Both the position numbers and the translations under genes were made by a program. Positions 41,175 to 53,900 of a stretch of 64,000 bases of DNA are shown here, piece by piece. The stretch is from contig OX597817.1 in assembly GCA_951406725.2 (NCBI GenBank), forward strand, positions 119,226,001 to 119,290,000, in the 5' to 3' direction. Source of the DNA: Octopus vulgaris. Its lineage: Eukaryota. Under the pieces are notes generated by a model, which saw only the letters and a list, made by a program, of their open reading frames with translations, did not search any database and was not told the DNA's origin. Each line of letters starts with the position of its first letter. The stretch's first letter is position 1.

Positions 41175-41392
41175 ATTTGGCATAATGGTTTGAAATTTTG
41201 GCACAAGGCCAGCAATTTTGAGGGAAGGGTAAGTCAATTGCACCAACCCCAGTGCTCAACTGGTACTTATTTTATCAATGATGAAAGGCAAAGTTGACTA
41301 CAGCGGGATTTGAACTCAGAACGTAAAGAAAGAAGAAATGCCACTAAGCATTTTTCTTGGTGCACTAATGATTCTGCCAGCTCACTGCCTTA
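41175..41392 (-). mobile_element. SINE family A copy
   Basis: GGCACAAGGCCAGCAATTTTG..ACTGGTACTTATTTTATC..ATGAAAGGCAAAGTTGAC..TTTGAACTCAGAACG..GATTCTGCCAGCTC. Confidence 0.85.
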
Positions 41393-42927
41393 TCCAGATA
41401 TGACATAAAAATTATAATGGTGATTACTATAAAATAGTCAGTAATTTAGGAATCTGTTTAGATACAATATAATTATGATCAAAATTTCTGAAGAGTTCAT
41501 AATGTAGTAAAGTAAAAAAATTTAAAAAATAAATGATTAGGTAATGGAGAATGAAGAGGAAATATGTTAATGAGTACCATCAAAGAGACCAGGGAGCATA
41601 AGTGAAGGACTTCTTAATATAGATGAAGAAACTGAGTTCACTAGTGAAAAGCAATTGAATTGGGGTTTTTCAATTCATAAGAATACATTGATATCTTTTT
41701 TCTCACAAACATATTACAACACAAACAATGGAACTAATTGACAGTTATGGAACAAACACTCGCCTCTCACATCCTTCCATGCACCCCAGAAAATGTAACA
41801 GAAAACTAAGAACAATAAGACGAACAAAAAAACATATGTCAAAAGTGAAGCAAATCTGTACAAAACCACTTCATTGTGTGAGTAGAGTATGTGTGTGTGT
41901 GTGAAAATGATAAAAAAAAAACATCTTATGCAAGAAATCAAAAGAAAAAAGTGTGTAAAGCAGAGAAAGAGTACATTTGGAAAAATAGCTGAGTAAATAT
42001 TATTGATTTCTTACAATGATATAACAGTCTTTATAAGCTTTATAAGGGAGAGAATATGTAAAATTGGGACATTCAGGCTTTTTATAAGAGAATTAGACAT
42101 AACAGTGGTTTCAATAAGGAATTGAAACAGTATCACACTACATGCCTCATCGATACAAATATTATCAATTTCCTTCAGATGTCAGCTTTTGTGTGTGTAG
42201 AGTGGGGTGGGGTCCCCAGTTATCTGTGTTTTTTTTTTACTTTTCATTTGCATGTATTCTTTTTCCTTCCACGTTTCTATTCTCAAATCAAATTTCATGA
42301 GTATATTATCATTATTATCTTTTCTACAAATGCACACATGGACACACACACACACACACACACATAAATAAATACAAACACATACTAATATAAAGAGATA
42401 GCAAACATTCTATTTATGAATTTATCTGTTTTGTGTATCATATAATAATACCGGTGGAAAACAGAAGCAGAGACAATAACAGTGTGAGGTGAAACAGACA
42501 CAAACACAGAAGAAATTGGCTTTCATCTGATTATCTTCATGGAAATAAAAGGAATAAATAGTTCTTTTTATTCTGTTTCTTTAGTTACATTTTTTCATAC
42601 CAAAGCAGAAAAGCAGAAGAATACACAGTCTGACACGAATAAGCGGCCCATGTCATAATTTGTTGTTCATCAGAAGCTACTTGTTGGAGGGGTTGTGTGT
42701 GAAAGTTAGATGAAACAAAGTACTACAAGACATAATGCTCTGATTGAAGTGAACATAGGTATATAAGTATATCGAAACCCTTTCTTAGTCAAGTATGTAA
42801 CTAAATCAGCTTACATACATACACAAACAAACATATATGCTAGCACACAAATATATACATATCTGCTTACATATGCATATAGATAGATAGATATACATTA
42901 CATATTGGTACTATGTATTTATGATTA

Positions 42928-42972
<45 letters not shown>

Positions 42973-43594
42973 TATGGCTGTATACGTATGTGTATATCTA
43001 TAAATATTTGCATCAAGAAATGTTTGCTGATGGTGATGAGATTTAGCTTTGCCACTCATAGATTACATGAAGCTATATCCAAAAATATGCATACCTTGAA
43101 GCAAATATCAATAATATTCACTATAAATTAAAGTCTATAAAGAACATGAGCAAAAATATGAAACATCAGCGAGATGTAGCATCTATCAGTTCTGAGAAAA
43201 TAAAAATTAGTATATAATACATAGTTTTAATGTCTCTGTTGATGTGACTTTTGAAAGAATTTCATTTTTCTATTGTAAGTTGATTTACAATTTAGGAATA
43301 GAACATGAGTGGGCAAAATTGTTGAGGCAGAATAGCAACACTAAAGCAAATGATAAGCAATAATTGAGATGTTTAAGGTTCTAAATACTGGCCATGAAGT
43401 CATGAGTTAGAACTCTAACCCTACCTTGTCATATAGTTAGTACTAACTAGGGTAGGCAACAGCTAAAACACCAATCTAACATGATTGCCTGAAAAGGTAA
43501 TTTAAAATAGAACAAAAACTAATTCTCGAATAGTAGACATTTGCCATTCTTCTTTTGATTTAGACAAATTTAGGGAATCAAGAAAAACTATGCA

Positions 43595-43655
43595 AGGCAG
43601 TGCTCCAGCATAGCCACAGTCAAATGACTGAAACAAGTAAAAGAGTAAAAGAATA
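43595..43655 (+). mobile_element. SINE family B 3' tail fragment
   Basis: AAGGCAGTGCTCCAGCATAGCCACAGTCAAATGACTGAAACAAGTAAAAGAG. Confidence 0.75.
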
Positions 43656-44164
43656 ATATACAATAAAATAATGAGTCAACTAAACATATTTCTAGTCTTG
43701 TTGAAAAAAATTTTAGAATTATAAAGTCAAGAGAGTGTCTTAATTAGGGCTTGATGTGTTTTATTTGACTGATTACCTCAGAACTATGCTTACTCTCTTT
43801 CTAAATGTTGATTTAAAATAATCATATGCAGTACAAATTTATCTATTACAAACAAAATGTCAGAGGAGTTTAGTAGTTAGTTGTGATGTAAAAAAAAAAC
43901 ACTATAAAATGGAAATTCCTCATACACACATGCATTTACATGTTGCATGTATACATATAATTGTACATGTAGATACATATAATGTTTTTATCATTTTTAT
44001 ATGCATATAATTTTTTAAAAACTTTATATTAGAATTGTAATCAATGAAACAAATAGTTCAAATACATCCATGTACCCCAATAATGGATTGATTAGAACAC
44101 AAATGAAGAAAGTACTCAATGTGTTTAGATGCAGAGTCAATATTTCTTTCATTAATCAGGCATT

Positions 44165-44260
44165 CCTTCACAACTGTACAATGATTTCAATAACTTCTTT
44201 TAATTCCTTGATCTTTGAAGGATGACAAGAATGTATTGAAACAATTGCACAGTTTCAAGG
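44165..44260. other. Isolated ~96-nt imperfect hairpin (pre-miRNA-like or decayed mini-MITE)
   Basis: AACTGTACAATGATTTCAATAACTTCTT (from 44172) pairs with AAGAATGTATTGAAACAATTGCACAGTT (to 44254). Inner TCCTT/AAGGA closes an 8-nt loop. Confidence 0.55.
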
Positions 44261-44588
44261 CATCACCTACTTAATAAAAGATATATAAATAAAATGCATA
44301 TATATATATATATATATACTTGTATACACACACACACACTCAGTATTCAAACGCAAGATGTACAATATTTATACACATTCATACATTTATTCAATCAAGC
44401 GCTAAGAAGTATAAAGCCATGTTGACACAGGAAATAGAAAGATGCAAGTGAACATACACACACACATATATCCACACATTTACACAATCAAATAATAAGA
44501 AATATAGAACCAGCTTTGCAAAGGAAAGAAGGAAAGATAAGATAGGTCTGATATTTTTTTATTTAAAAGATAATTTGGTTTTTTGAAC

Positions 44589-44644
<56 letters not shown>

Positions 44645-47600
44645 ATACACACACACACATACAGACACACATACACACGTATGCATGTGTGTGTACACAC
44701 AGAGTATATGCTGTGCTGAACTGATTTCTCTAACAATTATATAATCTCCAGGTGTTCTGAAACTTTAAAAATAATGCAGTAACATTGTATGAAATAGTTC
44801 ACAGCAAACTTAATAAAATTGTACTGAAGATGAAAAAAACACAGAAATGAATGAAAAATATAAATGCTAGCAGGTGATTTTTAAATAACTCATTCAACAT
44901 ACACCAATGACTGAACACTACCACTGCTATGACGTATATTAATACTATCACCATTATCAACATTAGCAACAGTTCCAACCACAACTACTAATGATTACCA
45001 CTAAATCTCATTCCTCTCTCTTTTATATATATATTTCTTTTATTAAATACCACTTCTGTTTCAGTCCCTCTCATTGTTACTACTATGATTAATATCCTCA
45101 TTACATCTACAACTATTGCCAATTTCTGATACATTTTCCATTAACTTCTGAATGAAGATGAAAGGCAGATTTGGGTAAGAGTTACAAAATAAACTTATAT
45201 TGTATGCTGCAAAGCATCATGTAAAGTTTGTTTATCATTTTCCATGGTAATACTTATCTAAAATCTGTCACAAACCTGGAATTCAAAACACTCTGTAAAC
45301 TATTTGTGTAAAGCATAGGGCATCTCTAATCTATAAAGCAACACTTATTTGATACTAAAATGATGTTATAATCATATTCATTGTGAAAATTCATACATTT
45401 AGTGACAGAAATGTGAATGAACTTGGTTAATGTCTATGTTCAAAGTGTTGCTGCAACAGAAGGGTATAAATATTTTAGAAATATATATATTGTTCATTTT
45501 AAAACATACAAATTAGGATGACAAATTAGGATGATTATTAAAAATAATAATCAAGCAAAGAAAAAGAAATATTTTTAAATAAACAAAACTATGTGGAGAC
45601 AAAGAAACAGCCATACAAAACTGATACACATTATGTTAAAGAAGTGATTAATTCATATTTGTCTTGGTATTAATTTACTGATCATTTGAAGAGAAAAAGA
45701 GGAAGATTCAATGATGAAATTTTCTCAAGGTGGGAGATATTTTAGAATCTGTATTGGAGAAAAAGGGGAAGAAAAGATGGAAAATGAAGAGGCATGGCAA
45801 AAAGAAATAGAGGGGAAAATATTTGAATGAGGAAGTGGAAGTAGTAGTATAGTAAAAAAGAAAAATATGAGAATGAAAATGCAAAAATATAAAAATAAAT
45901 AGATCGAATATGAAGAGATAGAGAATGAGGAAGAAAATCAGTGTAAGTTTTAAAAAAATGTGAAAAGATAAAAAGGAGAGGAAGACAAACATCATGTTCC
46001 TTATGATTCATTATATTGATTTATATTTTAAGATGTGTATACATATTATGAAAATAAGGTATGTACTGCAAGTCATTATAATATGCAAGTGTTCATGCAA
46101 CTATGTGTATGTTTGTGTGCGTGTGCATGTGATGAAGCATCTGTCTTTGATAAGACCTAGTGAAATTTAAGTGAGAAAAGGAAACACTGTTTAGCTATCA
46201 AACTCTTGGTAAATTAGGATTAACAAAAGGCAAAAAAAAAAAAAAATGAAAGTAGAGAGAGTGTAGGGTAGAGAAATAACAACTCAACCTAACTAGATCA
46301 ATGAACTGAATTCATTGGATTTGGGCAAAGCTGTGTGATAAGAACATGGTATTTTAATTTTTGCTTTGAATTTTTTTTTTTTTTTTAGAAGTATGAAGAT
46401 ATCTGGAAATAGATATATTTTTAAGAAAAGAAGGAAAACCAAATGAGAAAGAGAGAAAAAAGAGAAACTGAGAAAGGAAGGGAAAAAAGTTAAGATAGAC
46501 CGACAAACAGCCAGTAGAGAGGAAAAGGAAAGTGCTAAATTGTGATATATACGCCTGCATAAAATAGCATGTTATACATTTATAATGATTGAAGTTTTCT
46601 CTCAGCTGATACTATCTTACATTGTTTTGCATCTTTATTGTACTATTACTACAGCCACCACCACCATCACACTACTACCTCCATAGATACTTTCATATCC
46701 AGGTATTCTGCAATTTCTGTGACAACATACTACTGCCATTTTTCTATTATTACAACTACTATTATTGACTCAGTACCTTTTTACAATACTATTTCTACTA
46801 CTTTGATCACCAATGTTGGCATTATGATCACTATTAACTTATAGGAACAACTACCTACTTGTATAAATAGAAATATATGTATTATTATCTGCACCCTCAA
46901 TTGATTTATGTGCCACTCTTTATAAAATACCTTTACTGAGATCAAGCACCCTCAGTTTCAGAATGTTGCTACTTCTGAAAATTCCAAGAGGATTCTAATG
47001 TTGAGGATAAATTAAGATTAAATCAATATTTCCTAAGTGGAAGCTCCTTAGATATATTTATTTATTCACATATCTTTCAGTATTAAATGGTATTCAGGTA
47101 CCTGCAATGTGTCATGAAACATTCTGGATAATTTATTGTCAGAAAAAAAAAAAGACAATTTATTTTCTCAAAATAACTTGGTGCAAGTGATGAAGAAAGT
47201 GTGTTGCTAATTGTAGATTTATAATAAAGAAACAATATAATGAGCTACTTAATTAGGAATATAAACTAAGAAAAGAAAATGAGCAAATCACAAATATTTG
47301 TAAACAGTAAGCTTTAATCCTATTCTGCCTTACTCCAAAGCCCATTAACCTGTGGATTATTTACCTTTAACTTTCAGTGCCATTAGCTGTATAGTCTTGT
47401 GATGTTTTTAACATTAACGTGTTCTAAGGAAATATGCTGTTTGATTCTATCAAAAGATTAGAGGGTTGATGAAAAGAAAAAAATTCCTGAAATAGGAAAA
47501 TAGAAACAATATATATATATGCACATATATATATATATATGCACACACAACGACGATATATACACACACATATATATAATATATATATATATATCTTTAT

Positions 47601-49857
47601 ATATATATATATATATATTATATATATTTATTTATTTGCATTTTATTAATGCTAAACGAATTATAAAACAAAATGAAAACCAGTAGCTAATGCACGTGTA
47701 CATGTATTTGTTGTTCTTTATTACTTCAAGTTTTTATTAGAAAAACCTTCTATGTAACTATTTGACAACTGATATATATTGAAAGCAGCAAGAGATGACT
47801 CTAGAGATAACGACTCCTGTTCAATATGTAATTTTTTTATGAGATTCAAGTGGAGGTAATGGTGAAAAACGTTTTGGTGTGCATCAGTGGGTTTTCATGT
47901 TTTTAGTGAATTTTCAGAATTTCATCATAGTTTTTATTAGCATTTTTTAACTATATATATATCTTGATTAATTCATGCATCAAACATTTTTTTTCTTGCT
48001 TTTAATTTTCATCAAAATACTCTTGGAGAATCACAGAAATTTTTCTTTGTATATTTTGTTTGTTTTTTTGTTTTTGTAAATGTTTGATTTAGTTTATTCC
48101 TAGTTGTAGTTTTAGTTGTTTAACTTCAGGTCAGCCTTGATCAAGCAGATCTATAATGAAAGGCATTCCAGTTATGATTATCACTGCATTCTGTAAACCA
48201 TTAATTTATTTGCTCAATATATCTCTTTTTTTAAGATGGTGAGATTTGACCAGTGAAAGACTTGACTGCAGTTCTGAGTGACCATAAGTGACCCTTTACT
48301 GGTTAAATTATTTGTATTATTAGATGAATGCATTTATCGTTTGAAATTAGTTAAGATACTTTGGTTAGCAATCAAAAATCTTTCTGTTGTCAGTGGAGCA
48401 ACTTAAAATACTGGAGGTGGGGAGGTTTTGTTTTTTTGTTTGTTTTTGTAAATAAATAAATTTAATCTTACTTAAGCTACCCAACTTAAAAAAAAAATCA
48501 ACAATGTTTCCTCAAATAAGATGATTTTTGTAATAAAGTTTTTGCTCTTCTGCCAAGAAATACATGCTTCTATACATTTTAATTTTGTTTATCATGTATG
48601 CTTAGATTGGGTGAACGCATGCAGTTAAACATTTCTCTGTTTCTAGAAAATTGGTTTGTTTGACATCATGTTATGTAGATGTATCCAACATATGTCATCA
48701 CAGAAAAAAAGCTATCAACACTAAAGCTTGCATATGTGATGCTATCACGGTTGTGATGATGAGTGTAGAATGAATGATTTTATTGAAGATGAGAAATAAC
48801 ACACACACATACATGCATGCACACTCTTTCTCTCACTCTATCCAGTACACAAATCCTATCTCGGTTAGTTTTACTCTGAACAGATGTCAACAGAAGTCTT
48901 GAGCCCACTACATATACAACAAAATATATATAACACAAACATCAAGGAAAGATAAATACACAAAATGGACTTATAATTATATACACATATCTAAAGCCTA
49001 TGATTAAAGGCCTTTGAAATATTAACAAAAGAAACAAGTTTCTTGAAGCATGAACAGCATACTGACAAAGGCAGCATCCCTTAGGAAAACAAATGTCACA
49101 ATTCAACCTACCAATTATCCTCAATAAAAATTAGGGAGGTTATATCATAATCTGTAAAGCACAACAACAAAATCATGTGAGCATGTATATTTTACCTATT
49201 CTCTTTATTATCAGTGCTGTGACCACATAGGTGAATATTTAGCTAAAAAAATGCAAAGATTTAGTAGAATATATATGGCTCTAGCTATTCCTTGTCTACA
49301 CAATATTACATTAATCTTTATTTCATTCAGAATTAAGAAATATATGTGCTCTTTTTCAATATTATTTCACCAACATTTCAGTCTTTATATTTTCACTAAT
49401 ACAGAGCCTTTACATTACAAATCAATGTAATGAATCCACTTGGAAAGATATTGAACTATATTAACCACTTATGATTTCTCTTGACATTTAATTATTAAAC
49501 GGTTCATCTCAAGATTAATTTTCGCTTTTGTTGTATTTGGTCACTCATAACTAATAAGAATAATAATAATTATAAGAATAATAATAATAAGAAAAATAAT
49601 TATAAGAATAATAATAATTAGAAAACCTAGAAACATACTCACTTGTTGTTTCTCTATATTTCACTTTTTTTTTGCTGAAACAGTTGTAGTTTGTTTATAA
49701 TACCCCAATTATTTTTCACTACTTATGAAAAAGGCTTATGGCCTTTTCAGTTGATACATATTTCTAAATACTTATTTTGTTTTGTTTTTGTTTTAGTTGT
49801 TTAACTAATTTTACTTTTTCTACATCGCTATGGTACATATGCAACCAAATAACATTA

Positions 49858-49960
49858 ATTACTATAATAGAACACACTTGTCCAATGAAGCTCACTGTAG
49901 GACTGAACCCCAAATCGCATTACTGAAAAGAAACTTCTTAACCACACAAGTATGCCTGCA
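49858..49960 (-). mobile_element. SINE family B head fragment
   Basis: CTATAATAGAACACACTTGTCCAA..GGACTGAACCC..CTTCTTAACCACACA matches 17400-17490. Confidence 0.65.
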
Positions 49961-50021
49961 TCCACATACATACATATATATATACATGCAAACATAAATA
50001 TATATATATACATACATACAG

Positions 50022-50052
<31 letters not shown>

Positions 50053-50260
50053 TAGATATATGCATACATACACACACACATGTACATACACAAACAGATA
50101 TTCCTATACACAAATATGTATACATTAATTGCTGGTAAGGATATCGTATTTTGTTTTTCAACCATAATATACTACCATGTGTATTAAAGTTTTATAAGTC
50201 AATAATGTGCCTTACTTTTTGTGTTAGAAGTGCAATACCATCACTTTCCATCATATCAGC

Positions 50261-50689
50261 ACAGATTTTGTTATAGAATTTAGAGTCAACACTGAAAGTT
50301 ACAATGTTTTGTATATGAATACATTTATGTAAACAATGAGATTGAAGATGGGAAAATAGCTAATGGGTACATATATATGCATATTTCAGGAGTTATTGTT
50401 TTTTCTTCAGTACTACATCTAACCCATTAACCACACACAAACACATTGTTTAAATAGCCACCAAGTGTAGTGGTGTAACACTATTGGAGAGACCAATTTA
50501 CATACTAAACACATTTCTGGCAACAGGCATGTAGATGGTTAATGGGTTGCATGTGGTGTTGAACTTCTGAAATATGTATACACACCCATTACCTGTTTTT
50601 CTATCTTCGATCACATTGTTTACAAAGATGTATTCTATATGAAATGTCATGACGTTCAGTACTGGCTCTAAATTCTGTAGAAAATCTGT
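50261..50689. mobile_element. Old palindromic MITE / fold-back element
   Basis: ACAGATTTT..AGAATTTAGAG / CTCTAAATTCT..AAAATCTGT; TGTAAACAATG/CATTGTTTACA; AACCCATTAACCA/TGGTTAATGGGTT. Confidence 0.8.
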
Positions 50690-50800
50690 AGAATATGTAG
50701 AGGTAACTTAAAAATAGAGAAATGTGTATATATGCAAGCATGTGTATGTATGTATGTATGTATGTATGTATTAATTGCCAATTCTGTATGTATGTATGTA

Positions 50801-50932
50801 TTAATTGCCAATTCTGTACAAGACATTGTAGATCTTTAGCTGGGCTAAAAAGTCACATTCGATCACAGCACCAGTAACAGTTAAGCTTCGTGCAATGGCC
50901 ATAGATGATAACGAGGGGGCAGCCATAATAAA
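50801..50932 (+). mobile_element. 5'-truncated LINE (RTE-like) 3' end encoding the terminal C2H2 zinc finger, inserted in (TATG)n
   Basis: 50803-50877 translates NCQFCTRHCRSLAGLKSHIRSQHQ* (C-x2-C...GL.SH.R..H, typical of RTE-group C-termini). A short CpG-containing 3' UTR follows. Confidence 0.7.
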
Positions 50933-53900
50933 ACAAATAACGTATGTATGTATGTATGTATGTATGTATGTATGTATGTATGCATGTGTGTATACACACA
51001 GGAATAGAAACATATCAAAAAATTTGAAATTATCTTGGGAAATTGACAAGTAGATTGTGGTGTTGCCCCTTCTCATAGCAATGATGAAGTAAAATATCAT
51101 ATTTCAAGACATTTCATATATCATTCAAGAATATTGGAAATAGTAATCATTCATTTCCATTTATTTTATGACTCCTTGACACCATTTCATGTGAAGTGTT
51201 TGATTGAAAATCACTAAGTGAATGTGACTTCCATTAGATCCCAAAACTGGCACATTGCCCTTGACCATATGAATGACCAATAAACACACACAATATCTCT
51301 CTTTTTCACTCCATTTACATATGTGTATATGTGTGTGCATGCACATGTATGTGTGTATGCACACACACACACTTTATTTGTAAGTCAACAAGCTATCAAT
51401 GGTTTTTCTATTCTGGAGATCCAAAATGGAGATGAGTACTAACGTTTCAATGTGGCAGGTTTGAAAATTGTAAAGAAAACATTCTTTACATGAAACCATT
51501 GGTAGCCTTGTCAACTCACAAATGTCAAATATTTAATCCACCAATGTGGAGAAGAGCAAGATATTAGCATATGTATGTGTGTTTAAATATATATATATAT
51601 ATGTATGTATACACACACCTAAGTACATGCATTTACATATCTATCTTTATATATATGTGTGTATGTGTGTGTATGTATGTATCTATGTATATATATATAT
51701 ATACACATACATGCATGCATACACACATACATACACACATACATACACACACACACACACACACATACACACACACATACATATACACAGATTTATACAC
51801 AGATTTATGAATGTATATATATGTGCAACTGTGTGTTAATATATATGCAGGCACTGAAGTAGACACTTCAAAATAATTATCCACAGAAATTGCTCTTAGA
51901 TCTTGTGCAAAACCATTAAATTTACTAATTTAACATGTAACATGGCAATAAAAGAACATAAAAATGACAACAAAAAAAAAGCTAACATTTAAACTCTATG
52001 TGGTTTTTGTCATTTCTTTTTCCTATGTTAAGTATCTACTTACTACAGGGAGGCTAAGAATAAATAATAATTTTTTTAGATTAGCTAAAAATATAATAAA
52101 ATTCTAATTTGGTTATTTTTGACTGTGATAACCCCAATGCATTACCTATAATTATTTTATCAAGTGTGAAGATATGAAAAATACAGCTGAGTGCAGCATA
52201 ATTTAATATCAGAACAGAGGTGAGGTACTTAAATTTAGTTAGTTGTCTATTTATTTTGCCTTAGTTATTTCAACAGCTGACACACAAGACTTATTGTACA
52301 GACAATTTTGTAAAATGCAGAAATATAAACTGCTCATCCATAGTGTATTGCAGGTATGTATATTATCAATTTCATTTTAATTAACCTGTCATAATTCAAT
52401 AATTATGATTAATTAGATAATCAGAGCAATTAATCATGAAAATGACTAGCTGCAAGGTATAAATACATGAGTGCAGGTCTGGTTGATAGGATAGAGTAAA
52501 ACCAGCAATTTGGCTGTGTTTGTCTTGTTATTGACTCTGTATATTGCATGTGTGCATGTAGGTATATGCATACTTGTTATATACATACACACACATGTAT
52601 ACATATTTTGTGTACTGAAAAACAGTTAATCACAATACCTTCTTTTACTACAGTTCCTCTTGTGAATGTATTTTCTCCCATATTATATTCCAGTATATAA
52701 GGAGAGGACTGACTGATAGCAGATAGTAAAATCTATTTCATTCTATACATGAGAGAATAACTAAATGAAGTATTTATACAACTAAAATATAATCATGTTC
52801 AGTTTATTCTCAGAAGAGCTAAAAGCAACATTATGGAGACAGGTATACAATCTGACAGATTTATGCTATTCATTGCTTTAAATACTCATTTTGCTTTTGA
52901 ACAAATGAAACAAGCAATGTACAAGAATATAATTCCATCATTATTTAATATTTACAACTAATTTTTGCATGAATCATACAATTTTTATGAGTTCTTATAT
53001 ATGATTTAATACATAAACTATGTTAAAATATAGGCATTATTTAAGAAATAAAGAGTAAAATGTATAATAAAAATGTCTTTCATGGGAGCAAGTAATGTTC
53101 AATTCTTTACGAATTCTTATTCTGAAAGGCAGTTATTTGTGAGAAACTAGCACAATAAGCAGTCGTATTGAAAAGAGAAGTTAGTAATTACAACAATAAA
53201 TACTGACTTTGTAGGATAAGAGTTGGTAGAACCAGAAGCAAGTTATATATGCTATTGTTGTAAACTATTTGACTCTAGGACTGATATTTAGAAATATCTT
53301 TCTGAAGTAAATGTCAATGGGAAAAGATTAGACAACATTAACTGTAATATATTGTAAGAAAAGAACAAAAAAATAAATGCAGAAAGAGAAGTTAAAAGAA
53401 TATAAAACAGGAAAATGCAAAAGCAAAAACAGACAGATATGACTATCCACTGTGCTCATATGTGGTACTGCTATGGTACTGCTGATGTGTAATGTAAACA
53501 TTCTCACTGTACAACTAACTTATGACTTGAATATTGATTGTCATCATAAAAGTAATGATATCTTCATTCCAACTTGCTTGTGAAATATTCAAGCTGTCCA
53601 ACCAACACAAAGATTTGCTATGTTCATCCTGCCTCATCAATAAAATACTGGACCTTTGATCTAACACAAACCGAAAGAACATAAGCATACACAAAGGTTC
53701 ACATATACCATAAATATAATTATACACACACCTAACAAGCATAAACGCACACCATGAACACAAGTACATATTCACACATATCATTAATACACTCATAGGT
53801 ATACTTAAACTCCATAAACAGGTTAGACATTTATTACAACTCATCAATAAAATTCTTATGAAAAGAATGATAAATATAGTTTTAGCTTTCCTATTGGTTT

